A DNA stretch of 64,000 nt from a virus. Lineage: Duplodnaviria > Caudoviricetes. Positions 42,735 to 51,017 of the stretch are shown here, in pieces; the stretch's first letter is position 1, and the number at the start of each line of letters is the position of its first letter. A program made the translations under genes and the position numbers. The stretch lies in the IMG/VR virus record IMGVR_UViG_3300018494_000083; one strand, given 5' to 3'. The notes beneath the pieces were generated by a model. That model was given only the letters and a program-made list of their open reading frames with translations, made no database searches and had not been told where the DNA came from.

Positions 42735-43151
42735 CATTATCTTCACACAGGTCGTTAATCTGTGCAGTTCATTAAGAACTTCTCTAGGTCACCCTAGAAG
42801 TTGAGACTATATCTCGATCTTTACAGATCCGTTCCATTTCGATTTAAGGGATTCTCACCCACTCACTTGAGCCCTACTCCTATTGCCATTTTAAAGGGTT
42901 GGCTATTTCAGGATAGTCGTTGGACGTTTAATAGATTGGCTCTCCCGATGGGAATTGAACCCATAAAGAGATATTCATAGTGACGTCACTTCTATTATTA
43001 TTACCTCCACCCTTTCCGGTCGGGCGTCTTTACATTTGACCACGGGAGAATATACCATATCTATTACTTCGCTGCTGATTGTCTACTTGAGACTTCCCAG
43101 CAATTAGAAACGTTTCAGTTATAAGTCACCTTATAACTAGGCGAATGTTTC
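42735..43151 (-). mobile_element. group I intron (417 nt, no ORF) in recA, carrying a tRNA-like insert
   Basis: P1 UAGGU/GCCUA; core gtccaacgacta and agatatagtc; splicing gives LVGLG-ENESLSGG. Confidence 0.88.
42937..43049 (-). tRNA. tRNA-like element (113 nt) with non-canonical anticodon arm and very long variable arm, inside recA intron
   Basis: 7-bp acceptor UCUCCCG/CGGGAGA + G + CCA; T arm AUGGG-UUCAAUU-CCCAU; D arm GUC/GAC. Confidence 0.65.
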
Positions 43152-43943
43152 ACCTAACCCTACGAGATCCCGCGCCGGTGGGAGGAAGCCCGTCGATATC
43201 TTTCTACTGATCTGGTTGATTACGAAGAGGAGAATGTTTGCTTTCTTACACCAAGGCAAGATCTGCTTAAACATCTCGGAATTGAACTTGGCGTTTCTAG
43301 CACCTGCCATATTATTGGTGGCACTATCAAGACCGTCCATGTTTTTTGTTTCCTCAAGAATAGAACTATCCTCAGAACGCATCACAGCCAAAGAGTCAAT
43401 GATTACGACCGTAGGAATGAGTTTCTTAATAGGAGCACCGTATGTATCCTTAAGATTACTTTGGGTATCCTCAAACTCTTTTCTATTATTGAGTTTCATT
43501 TTTGCATGGTCAAGGAATCTATCTACGATCTGCTCAGCATGGGTATCCTGGTAGATAGCATAGTGATTTCTTACCCATTTGGTTTTCATACCGGTAATGT
43601 TAATTACACGGTTAATATGTGAAGACTGCTCAATATCCTCATGGATAGTGAAAGCATTCTCATATCTGGAAGTGATTGCTACTGCAATCTGTTGGGACAA
43701 TGTGGTCTTACCGAGACCAGGGTCTGCGATAAATGCGGTCATTGTACCATCAACGAGTCCAACGGAATCGTATTCTTCAATACACTCGTCATCATCGTCG
43801 TAAACTTTTACACGTTGACCGTTAACGAAGTCCAAGGGCATAAAACCGGTAGGATATGCAATAGGTGTAGTTGCCTTCATATCCTTGGCTTTCTTCTGCT
43901 CTCTGACATTGTTAAACATTAGAAGTCCTAGTGTCTGAGCCAT
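43152..43943 (-). CDS. recA: RecA/UvsX-like recombinase, exon 1 (spliced product 421 aa)
   Basis: PTGFMPLD, Walker A ADPGLGKTT, DIEQS, Walker B IIDSLA, VINQI. Confidence 0.88.
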
Positions 43944-44002
43944 GTTGGAACCTCCAATTATATTATATAGAGCAGGGCTTTGACACCCTGCTCATAGATT
44001 TA

Positions 44003-44965
44003 TCAGTTATAACCACCGTCGTGATTGCGGCGGTTATTCTTGTAACTCTTGTTGTTCTGGTAGCGGTTCTTTGCATGATTGCCGCCGGACTTTTTCTTCT
44101 TGTTATTCTGATACTTCTTCATGGGGCGATTGTTCATCTTACCATCATCGTCGTCAGAATCCTTAAAGTCCTTATTGAACTTAGCCTTGTTAAAGTTATC
44201 CTTGTTGCCGCCTCTGTACTCCTTGGTATTGAGCTTATTGTTGGCAATCTTATCGGAGGCATCTGCAGTCTTAACATCCTTGTCGGTGTTATCGTTCTTA
44301 GCCTTCTTAGGATAATCAATATACATAGGCATATTGATGTACTCGAAACGAAGCTTCTCGTCGCTGTTCGAAGTATCGCTGTCCGTGGTATGACCGGCGG
44401 TATTGAATGTGATCTTGCTGAGTCTCTGGAAAGTACCATTGAGGATACCTTCCTTAACGTTAACAACTACATCCTGACCACTGGGTGCGAATGCAATGAA
44501 CGCAATAGACTTTCTGTCTGCATCGATAAACTTCTTGAGAACCTTGACCTGATCACCTTCGAAGGAAGCGTGCATAATAGCCATGTCAGAAACATAGCCA
44601 CAGCAAACAACCATCACAGCGGGATGCTCATCATCAACAGGAACAAGAATTGCACGCTCAAGACCGTTAGTCTTGCTAATAATCTTGGATACGCCGAATG
44701 CAATGTCTCTGGGAAGCTGGTAATACTTGAATTCACCTGCATCCTTAACCTGCACAGGGATAAACATGTGCTTCATAACAAAATGGACAGGAATAGACAA
44801 CCAGGTTTCTTCGTTCACATAAATACCAAGCTCAAGAGAAGAAGCCTTACCGGTTTCGGGATTGATTCGCTCTCTTACATACCAACCAGCGGGCTTGTTG
44901 CCGTAAGCGGGGAGAGTGTTGTAGCGAGTTACTCCAGCAAAATGGGGATTTTCAATGATATTCAT
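44003..44965 (-). CDS. hypothetical protein with basic Asn/Lys-rich disordered C-terminal tail
   Basis: AAGGAG RBS, high-expression codons. Confidence 0.8.
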   Translation of the reverse strand: MNIIENPHFAGVTRYNTLPAYGNKPAGWYVRERINPETGKASSLELGIYVNEETWLSIPVHFVMKHMFIPVQVKDAGEFKYYQLPRDIAFGVSKIISKTNGLERAILVPVDDEHPAVMVVCCGYVSDMAIMHASFEGDQVKVLKKFIDADRKSIAFIAFAPSGQDVVVNVKEGILNGTFQRLSKITFNTAGHTTDSDTSNSDEKLRFEYINMPMYIDYPKKAKNDNTDKDVKTADASDKIANNKLNTKEYRGGNKDNFNKAKFNKDFKDSDDDDGKMNNRPMKKYQNNKKKKSGGNHAKNRYQNNKSYKNNRRNHDGGYN

Positions 44966-45006
44966 TAATATAGCTCCTTTGAGTTATTTTGGATAATGAG
45001 GGTTGA

Positions 45007-46149
45007 TTACTTTCTGAGGTACTGGATAATAGAGAAGTCCTTCTTCTCGAGATCCTTAAGTACCTTAGTAAGCTTCGGATAATCATCAGGATGTACAGTG
45101 CCACTACCACCGAAACGGCGAGCAATAGGACCATTCTTCTCCTGACGCTTTCTGTCGTTTACATACTCTTTAAGAACAGACTGGATGTCTTCCTTATCGA
45201 GCGATTCGAGATATTCTCTGATAAGAATATCGATGTTCGCATTGAAATCGATCTCAGCTTCGGAATAGCTTACATCGTTGCGAACCTTTTCAAGCATAAG
45301 GTTCTTAATAACCTTATCCATGTTGTCCTTACCGTAGCAGATCTTGAAGAGCTTAGTAAGGCTCTTGGTAGAAGTAGAGAAGAACTCTTCCGAGTCACTC
45401 TCTTTTCTGATGAACTTAAGTAATTGATAAATGGAGCTAGGATTTCCGCCAGCCGTAATGATGCAAATTCTCTTTGCATTAGCCTTGGACATACTCTTGA
45501 TCTCTTCTGTCAATTTCTTAACTTTCTTCTTGTTATACTTGTATAGGATGTCAGTATAACTTCTTCTCATAGACTCAACTGCTTCAGATCCATAGAGCTG
45601 GATGAGCTTCTTGTCATACGAGGAATTGAGGAAAATGAGGATCTCTTCCATGAGATAGCCAAGTTCTTTACGACTAAAGCTGTCATTTTCATCATACTTT
45701 TTACCAAAGATATCAGTAAGCGCATCCGGAATTGCCGAAGCTACTACGATATCTGCGAGAAGTTTCTGTACATAGGAAGCCTTGTAAGCTTGGTCAGGAT
45801 TCTTTCGTACAGACTTAAGGTCCTTGATCATAATGATAAGTCCATCTTTTCTTACGAGAAGATCGAGGACATCGTCACGATCATAAACCTTATCATTGCG
45901 GAAAATTTTGCAGACAGGGTTGTTCCACTGCTGATTATTATTTCCCCCATTGTTTTGACCATTCTGGTTACCGTTGTTGTTACGGTTCTGGTCGTTTCTG
46001 TTGTTCTGATGACCATTGTTATTGCGATCAGAACGGCGATCATCGTTGCGACGATCGTCATGACCATGGTGATTCTGACTCTTGTTATCGTCGTCATCTA
46101 CATAGTCCGTGCCGGAAAACATTAACATGTGATTTACATCACGTCCCAT
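45007..46149 (-). CDS. hypothetical protein with Asn/Asp-rich N-terminus
   Basis: GGGAGG RBS, early-type promoter motif at 46191-46200. Confidence 0.8.
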   Translation of the reverse strand: MGRDVNHMLMFSGTDYVDDDDNKSQNHHGHDDRRNDDRRSDRNNNGHQNNRNDQNRNNNGNQNGQNNGGNNNQQWNNPVCKIFRNDKVYDRDDVLDLLVRKDGLIIMIKDLKSVRKNPDQAYKASYVQKLLADIVVASAIPDALTDIFGKKYDENDSFSRKELGYLMEEILIFLNSSYDKKLIQLYGSEAVESMRRSYTDILYKYNKKKVKKLTEEIKSMSKANAKRICIITAGGNPSSIYQLLKFIRKESDSEEFFSTSTKSLTKLFKICYGKDNMDKVIKNLMLEKVRNDVSYSEAEIDFNANIDILIREYLESLDKEDIQSVLKEYVNDRKRQEKNGPIARRFGGSGTVHPDDYPKLTKVLKDLEKKDFSIIQYLRK

Positions 46150-46250
46150 TGTTATTCCTCCCTTGAGTTATTTTTAGCTTGGTCATACTTATAATGTATA
46201 TCCCAATATAAAATTGTTTCTGGGTCATTAAAATCGAAGAAGATCTAATA

Positions 46251-47545
46251 TTACAGACTAAAGATACCATGATATACCTGCCATTCAAACCACTCATCTG
46301 TACTAATTCCGGACCATGCAATCATAACACATCTCCCATCTTGTATATCATAGTTATAGGTTCTAGCACCTGGAGTAGCACCATACTTTTCATTAGGTGC
46401 AGATTCTCCACTCTTTCCACTTTTCTCAATATATACCGGTATTTGGCTATACCAGCTACGAATATTCTGACTGACCCACTCAGTTATTGCTCCATTCCAC
46501 GGAGTAAGCAAACACGGGCAGTATCATAAGGCAATATATTTTCAACAATATTACCATTAGAACCGATTAAGAATATGAATTGACTATACCAGTGCTTAAT
46601 ATTTTGTATTACCCAGTCATCTATATTACTCATCCATGGAGTAATTCACCAACTAGTTTAGATGATGGATTATATGATAGACATGTGCCATTGTTGTAAA
46701 TAGACATTATCTGATCTAGACTATATGTGCTGGTTGATTCATTTCGTGGAGTAAGTGCGTACCATTTATGCTAATTCCAGGATGTCTCAATGTTCTAGTT
46801 CCAGCTAAATAGATTATAAGCCAGTTATAATCTGTTGGATCCGTAGATTCAAGTAAATAAACTGGAGTAGATTTCACCACTTGCACTTTACGAAGTCATA
46901 TTCTTATTCATAGCTTGACCATAAACATGAATTTTATTTGTTATTTTACATTCTTTATCATTTTGAAAATATGGAGTCGTCATACTGATAATAGCAGATC
47001 CAACCCATACCTACATAATAATCATATATTACAAACATATCATCGCTAAATGATTGAGTATATGGTGGCAGATATGCACTACTTGGAGTCCATACGAACT
47101 AGTTGTCATATCATTATTGAAATCTCCTGTATCTCGTATTAAGCAAATTAAGTTATTCAACCAGGTATTTCCAGCAGAGGATAACCATCTTGGAGTTAAT
47201 CACCTGCACCAGTTCGTTCACCGACCCAGTGTCCCTGATATGTATAACTGGATCCAGCCCAATTAATTCCAGCTATCCTATTTATTTCTTTTTGATGTTC
47301 GGATTCTGGAGTAGATATTCACCAATTGCGGTGTATGAACTATATCCCCAGTCTTTTAATATGGATAATCCAGTTATATCTTCATAAGCAAACTTTCCTT
47401 GTTCAATATTGATCAAAGATGGAGTAATCCACCAATGTGAGCATTTACGGAATACGTGTGATCAAATGCTTCACCAATCTTGACTGTTTTCCAATGTCTA
47501 TGTTCATTATACGTTGACATTTCATGCCTTGCTAACGGAGTCAAT
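46251..47545 (-). repeat. array of 11 start-less coding cassettes (107-137 nt period), each starting ACT-CC(A/G) = Thr-Pro
   Basis: ACTCC starts at 47541, 47425, 47312, 47196, 47089, 46977, 46868, 46752, 46642, 46505, 46376; TP frame open across 10 of 11 units. Confidence 0.85.
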
Positions 47546-47551
47546 TTAAAC

Positions 47552-47593
47552 AAAAAAAATAAAGATTGAGAGGTGGGTTTTCCCCCACCTCTC
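47552..47593 (-). terminator. intrinsic terminator upstream of the cassette array
   Basis: gagaggtggg/cccacctctc stem with U tract on the minus strand. Confidence 0.75.
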
Positions 47594-47594
47594 G

Positions 47595-48404
47595 TTATTT
47601 TGTTTGATTCAACATTGTTCCGATATTACGATATCTGTTAGAAACAGTGGTCGGATGTATATTGAATACTTCTGCTGTCTTTTGAATTCCATGTTGACTT
47701 ACACATGAAACAAATGCAAATATCTCAGGCATTGTGTAGCTATCGATTTTCTTATGGAATAACGAATCGACATCTACGCCGTTAAACATAGAATCTTTCA
47801 AGACATCTTCTTTCGGAGTAGTACTTCTAATAAAGCGAATTGCTTTACCGGCTTTGTACTTATCCTTGATTCGTTTAGCTATATCATTAGCTGATGTTGT
47901 GATAGGTTTTGTTTCTTTCTTAGGTTCGTCTTTCTGATTGATTATCAGCACACCCTTAGACTCCCTGGTCTTTCTAACAGACTCGTGATATGTAGGAATA
48001 TTGCTGTACTTCTTAAAGAACTCGTTTCGGTATGCTGTCATCTTGTCCATCGCTTTATCATCTCTGATTATGCGACTCATAAATAATTCAATAACAAGAT
48101 CAAGATACTCGGGAGATACTCGATATGCAAATACTGCATGAGCGTCCATCTGTGAACATGTGATGGGATACATTTTGAACGGGTTCAAATAAGTGTAACA
48201 AACATTTCCTTCTTTGTCACGACTGTGGATTGGTAGATAGTCTGTATAAGCTGACGAGATCGGGACAGTGTAGATAACTTCGGCACCGTCATTAGATATA
48301 ACTAAGTATGGGTGCTCACCGGTTGTACCTGGTGTTGGTTTCTTGTCTTTAATGATATAGACATCACCTTGATGATAACGACTTAGTAAACTTTTGTCAT
48401 TCAT
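47595..48404 (-). CDS. PemK/MazF-like N-terminal domain plus C-terminal HTH
   Basis: QGDVY...GEHPYLVISND...VPISS; GIQKTAEVFNIHPTTVSNRY. Confidence 0.55.
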   Translation of the reverse strand: MNDKSLLSRYHQGDVYIIKDKKPTPGTTGEHPYLVISNDGAEVIYTVPISSAYTDYLPIHSRDKEGNVCYTYLNPFKMYPITCSQMDAHAVFAYRVSPEYLDLVIELFMSRIIRDDKAMDKMTAYRNEFFKKYSNIPTYHESVRKTRESKGVLIINQKDEPKKETKPITTSANDIAKRIKDKYKAGKAIRFIRSTTPKEDVLKDSMFNGVDVDSLFHKKIDSYTMPEIFAFVSCVSQHGIQKTAEVFNIHPTTVSNRYRNIGTMLNQTK

Positions 48405-48423
48405 TGCTTTTTCCTTTCGATAA

Positions 48424-49164
48424 TTATTTCTCGATGTCTGCGATTGTCATTCCAAACAATTCAGTCATACGAGCATCTATTCTATCAGCATATGCCGCAT
48501 TTGCAGCACTGTCAGTAGAACCATAGTAACGCTGAGCTGCCATCTCATAAGAGCCCCATCTATTATAGAGCCAAGATACCAGCTTTGTAGAGATATCCAT
48601 ATTGAGCTTCCAGTTTTTCATAAGCTCTCTATGGTTATCAATATCATATGTACCACGACGGAGAAGATCCTCATATACCCATTCAGCAGTACCCTTAGTT
48701 ACCTGGCAGTAACCAGTTGCACTACTAGTACTTGCCTGTGCACCAGATCTGAAAGAGCTTTCTGTTGCGATGAGAGCAAGCATGAATTCCATGGGAATAT
48801 CATAAGTCTGGCAGCATTCATAGAGATAAAGCATCTGCTCAGAACCGAAGTCCTGATCATCGTACCATTTCTGCCATTCATATACTGCTGCATACTTTGC
48901 GTCGAGTTGTTCGCTAAGTGTGGGAGTAGGTGTTGTAGTATCGGGGATAGTGGTGTCGGGTTTCGTTGTTGTATCGGGAGTAGTAGATCTTTGAGGTTCG
49001 TCCGAATCAGTTATATCACTGGTATAGTCGGGGATCTCATGTGTGTCAGGAGTGGTGTTCTTAACCACAATGAGCACGATTAATAATGCGACAAGTACTA
49101 CGAGAAGAACTGCGATTGTGGTGATAAAGAATTTGCACCATTTGTTGAACTGTGTTTGTGTCAT
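48424..49164 (-). CDS. membrane-anchored lytic transglycosylase (SLT domain)
   Basis: N-terminal TM helix, Thr/Pro linker, LIATESSF (catalytic Glu), ATGYCQV. Confidence 0.8.
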   Translation of the reverse strand: MTQTQFNKWCKFFITTIAVLLVVLVALLIVLIVVKNTTPDTHEIPDYTSDITDSDEPQRSTTPDTTTKPDTTIPDTTTPTPTLSEQLDAKYAAVYEWQKWYDDQDFGSEQMLYLYECCQTYDIPMEFMLALIATESSFRSGAQASTSSATGYCQVTKGTAEWVYEDLLRRGTYDIDNHRELMKNWKLNMDISTKLVSWLYNRWGSYEMAAQRYYGSTDSAANAAYADRIDARMTELFGMTIADIEK

Positions 49165-49270
49165 GATTTCTAATTTCCTTTCTCTTATATGACATCAAAA
49201 TTTATCAGTGATTCACTGATCCTTTCACAATTATAATGTATAATCTATACCTTCCAAAACCCAAAAAAAT

Positions 49271-49298
49271 GAGAGTATAGGATTTCTCCTATACTCTC
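49271..49298 (-). terminator. intrinsic terminator
   Basis: gagagtatagga/tcctatactctc stem. Confidence 0.75.
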
Positions 49299-49306
49299 TA
49301 ATTATT

Positions 49307-49480
49307 TTATTCAGGTTTCTTGACGTCAGTCTTCTGAGCGAGTTCGTGATCACCGATGGATTTACCGTACGCACACTCGGTCATAGAAGACAGCTCACCT
49401 TTTGCAAGGGAAGCCTCAAACTCAGCCATACGGGCTTTATTGAGCTCATCAAGAGTTGTAGGTTTCTTATTGTCTTGCAT
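49307..49480 (-). CDS. small hypothetical protein (57 aa, MQDNKKPTTL...), not in the ORF track
   Basis: AAGGAGG RBS, fills the gap before the terminator. Confidence 0.7.
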   Translation of the reverse strand: MQDNKKPTTLDELNKARMAEFEASLAKGELSSMTECAYGKSIGDHELAQKTDVKKPE

Positions 49481-49492
49481 GGTTGTTCCTCC

Positions 49493-50272
49493 TTATGAAC
49501 GTCCTTCCTTACGGTCAAGCGTACGAGCTTTCTCATACTGATCATTGATCGTTCTGGGAAGAATACCGTTCTTAGTGACAAGGTCAGTCTCAAGACCGGC
49601 AGCCGTAAAGTATACATTTGCAGTATTAAGACTTGTCTTGTTCATTTTATTGTCTGTGAGATCTTCAAGAGAAACAGATCCAGTGGTAGCGATTTGATGT
49701 TCCATCTCTGTACGCATCACAGGGTCGCCACCTCTAGGACCAAACATCTCTTTCAGAATGTTTTTAGATCCCTGACAGATCAAAGCGTACTGCTCGACAT
49801 CTGAAATACGAGCCGCTTTAGATTCCATAGAAACCTGACCTGTTTTAGGATCTCGCTTTTCGACATTGGTCGGAATGTGAGTTTTATGATTAACTACCTG
49901 TTGAACTCTACGCATGTTAATGTAACCGTTATAGATCTTATTAACAGAGACTACAGGATGCTCAGGATCATCAGATATGTGCGGGAATGCAATATAATCG
50001 AATAGATGGCAGTACTTATCGCCAACAATGTTATTTGCCGCGTCTTCAACCATCTCGTAAGAAGGCTCATTAACGAAAGCCTCTAGCTCAAGATACAGAT
50101 GTTTCTTGGGATCATTAACAAGAGTAGTGAAGTATGCGATGAACTGAGCGTCGCTCATTGCAGCAGTCTTAGCAAGGAAATTATCGGAATTCTTCTTGCT
50201 AGGGTCTAACTGATTGTAGAGATCAACTAAGAACTTTGTGATTTTAGTTCGTTTTTCTCGGATTGTAGCCAT
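49493..50272 (-). CDS. RNA polymerase beta extreme C-terminal fragment (probably virion RNAP)
   Basis: GYINMRRVQQ, RDPKTGQ, RISDVEQYAL, LKEMFGPRGGD align with RpoB GYMYMLKLNH, SLVTQQ, RFGEMEVWAL, LQEMLTVKSDD. Confidence 0.8.
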   Translation of the reverse strand: MATIREKRTKITKFLVDLYNQLDPSKKNSDNFLAKTAAMSDAQFIAYFTTLVNDPKKHLYLELEAFVNEPSYEMVEDAANNIVGDKYCHLFDYIAFPHISDDPEHPVVSVNKIYNGYINMRRVQQVVNHKTHIPTNVEKRDPKTGQVSMESKAARISDVEQYALICQGSKNILKEMFGPRGGDPVMRTEMEHQIATTGSVSLEDLTDNKMNKTSLNTANVYFTAAGLETDLVTKNGILPRTINDQYEKARTLDRKEGRS

Positions 50273-50290
50273 ATTTACTACCTCTATTTA

Positions 50291-50629
50291 TCAGTTGTTG
50301 TTATCGAATTCTCGGATTTCATTTATTCCCATGCCAACAATTCCTGGTGACTGGTCCGAATCCGATGCTTGGTAATGTGCTTTAGGATTCTTCGGAAACA
50401 TAAATTCCAACATAGCAAAATTAGCCACATCAACAAGGAATTCAGTATTTCCGGTTTCTTCATATTTCTGAAGTCGAAGCTTGAGTGACTCAATAGCATC
50501 GATATAGTTTTGCTTATAGTTGATACTAGCCTTTCCGTATTTATAGAAAGATGTCACCATAGCCTTCTTTCTGAGATCATCGAATCTCTCCGAATACTCA
50601 GTCTTAAGAATTTCATCATAACTTGCCAT
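50291..50629 (-). CDS. hypothetical protein of a common Firmicutes-phage type
   Basis: ATG at 50629 after AAGGAGG; KYEETGNTEFLVDVANFAM. Confidence 0.7.
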   Translation of the reverse strand: MASYDEILKTEYSERFDDLRKKAMVTSFYKYGKASINYKQNYIDAIESLKLRLQKYEETGNTEFLVDVANFAMLEFMFPKNPKAHYQASDSDQSPGIVGMGINEIREFDNNN

Positions 50630-50634
50630 TGGAA

Positions 50635-50997
50635 TCACCTCCTTCGGAACTCTTGGCACTCAAAGCCTGCATTGTTGAGCCATTCTGCCACAATGTGTCT
50701 GTGACAAAAGCCCGAACGTTCATAGCAGACTAGTGCAATATTCATGGATTTAGATATATGGCGAAGCTCCCCAACGACAATCTCTGGATCCAAAGGTTCG
50801 AGCACTTCAGATTTGAAATGCTTTACATAGAAATTGTTATCGTGATCGCGTTTCCACGCCATAAAAAATCCAGGTTTAGGAGCAAGTTTTTTGTATTGGA
50901 TTCCATCCCATCCATCAGGTGCATTCAGACAAATAGATATCGGAACTACATCAGATGGGAGATTTTTCACATTAGCAAAATAGGTTGTGTATATCAT
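50635..50997 (-). CDS. DUF488-like protein
   Basis: IYTTYF, KLAP, LVCYE..CHRHIV. Confidence 0.7.
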   Translation of the reverse strand: MIYTTYFANVKNLPSDVVPISICLNAPDGWDGIQYKKLAPKPGFFMAWKRDHDNNFYVKHFKSEVLEPLDPEIVVGELRHISKSMNIALVCYERSGFCHRHIVAEWLNNAGFECQEFRRR

Positions 50998-51017
50998 TGG
51001 TTTCCTCCAATGTATGA

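Noticed and set aside
42937-43049. Calling the intron insert a functional tRNA-Ser(GGA)
   Set aside because: G73 and a long arm fit, but the anticodon stem-loop cannot form the canonical 5-bp/7-nt geometry and the D loop lacks GG
46251-47545. CRISPR array interpretation of the periodic GGAGT motif
   Set aside because: The conserved part is only ~5-6 bp, units are 107-137 nt and keep a reading frame, and no cas genes are in the window
46251-47545. Single frameshifted gene or pseudogene, or a classical DGR template region
   Set aside because: Frame changes fall at the motif with mixed offsets and the units are mutually divergent alternatives. There is no strong AAC enrichment, and no reverse transcriptase or TR/VR pair in the window. 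A role for an RT elsewhere is not excluded.
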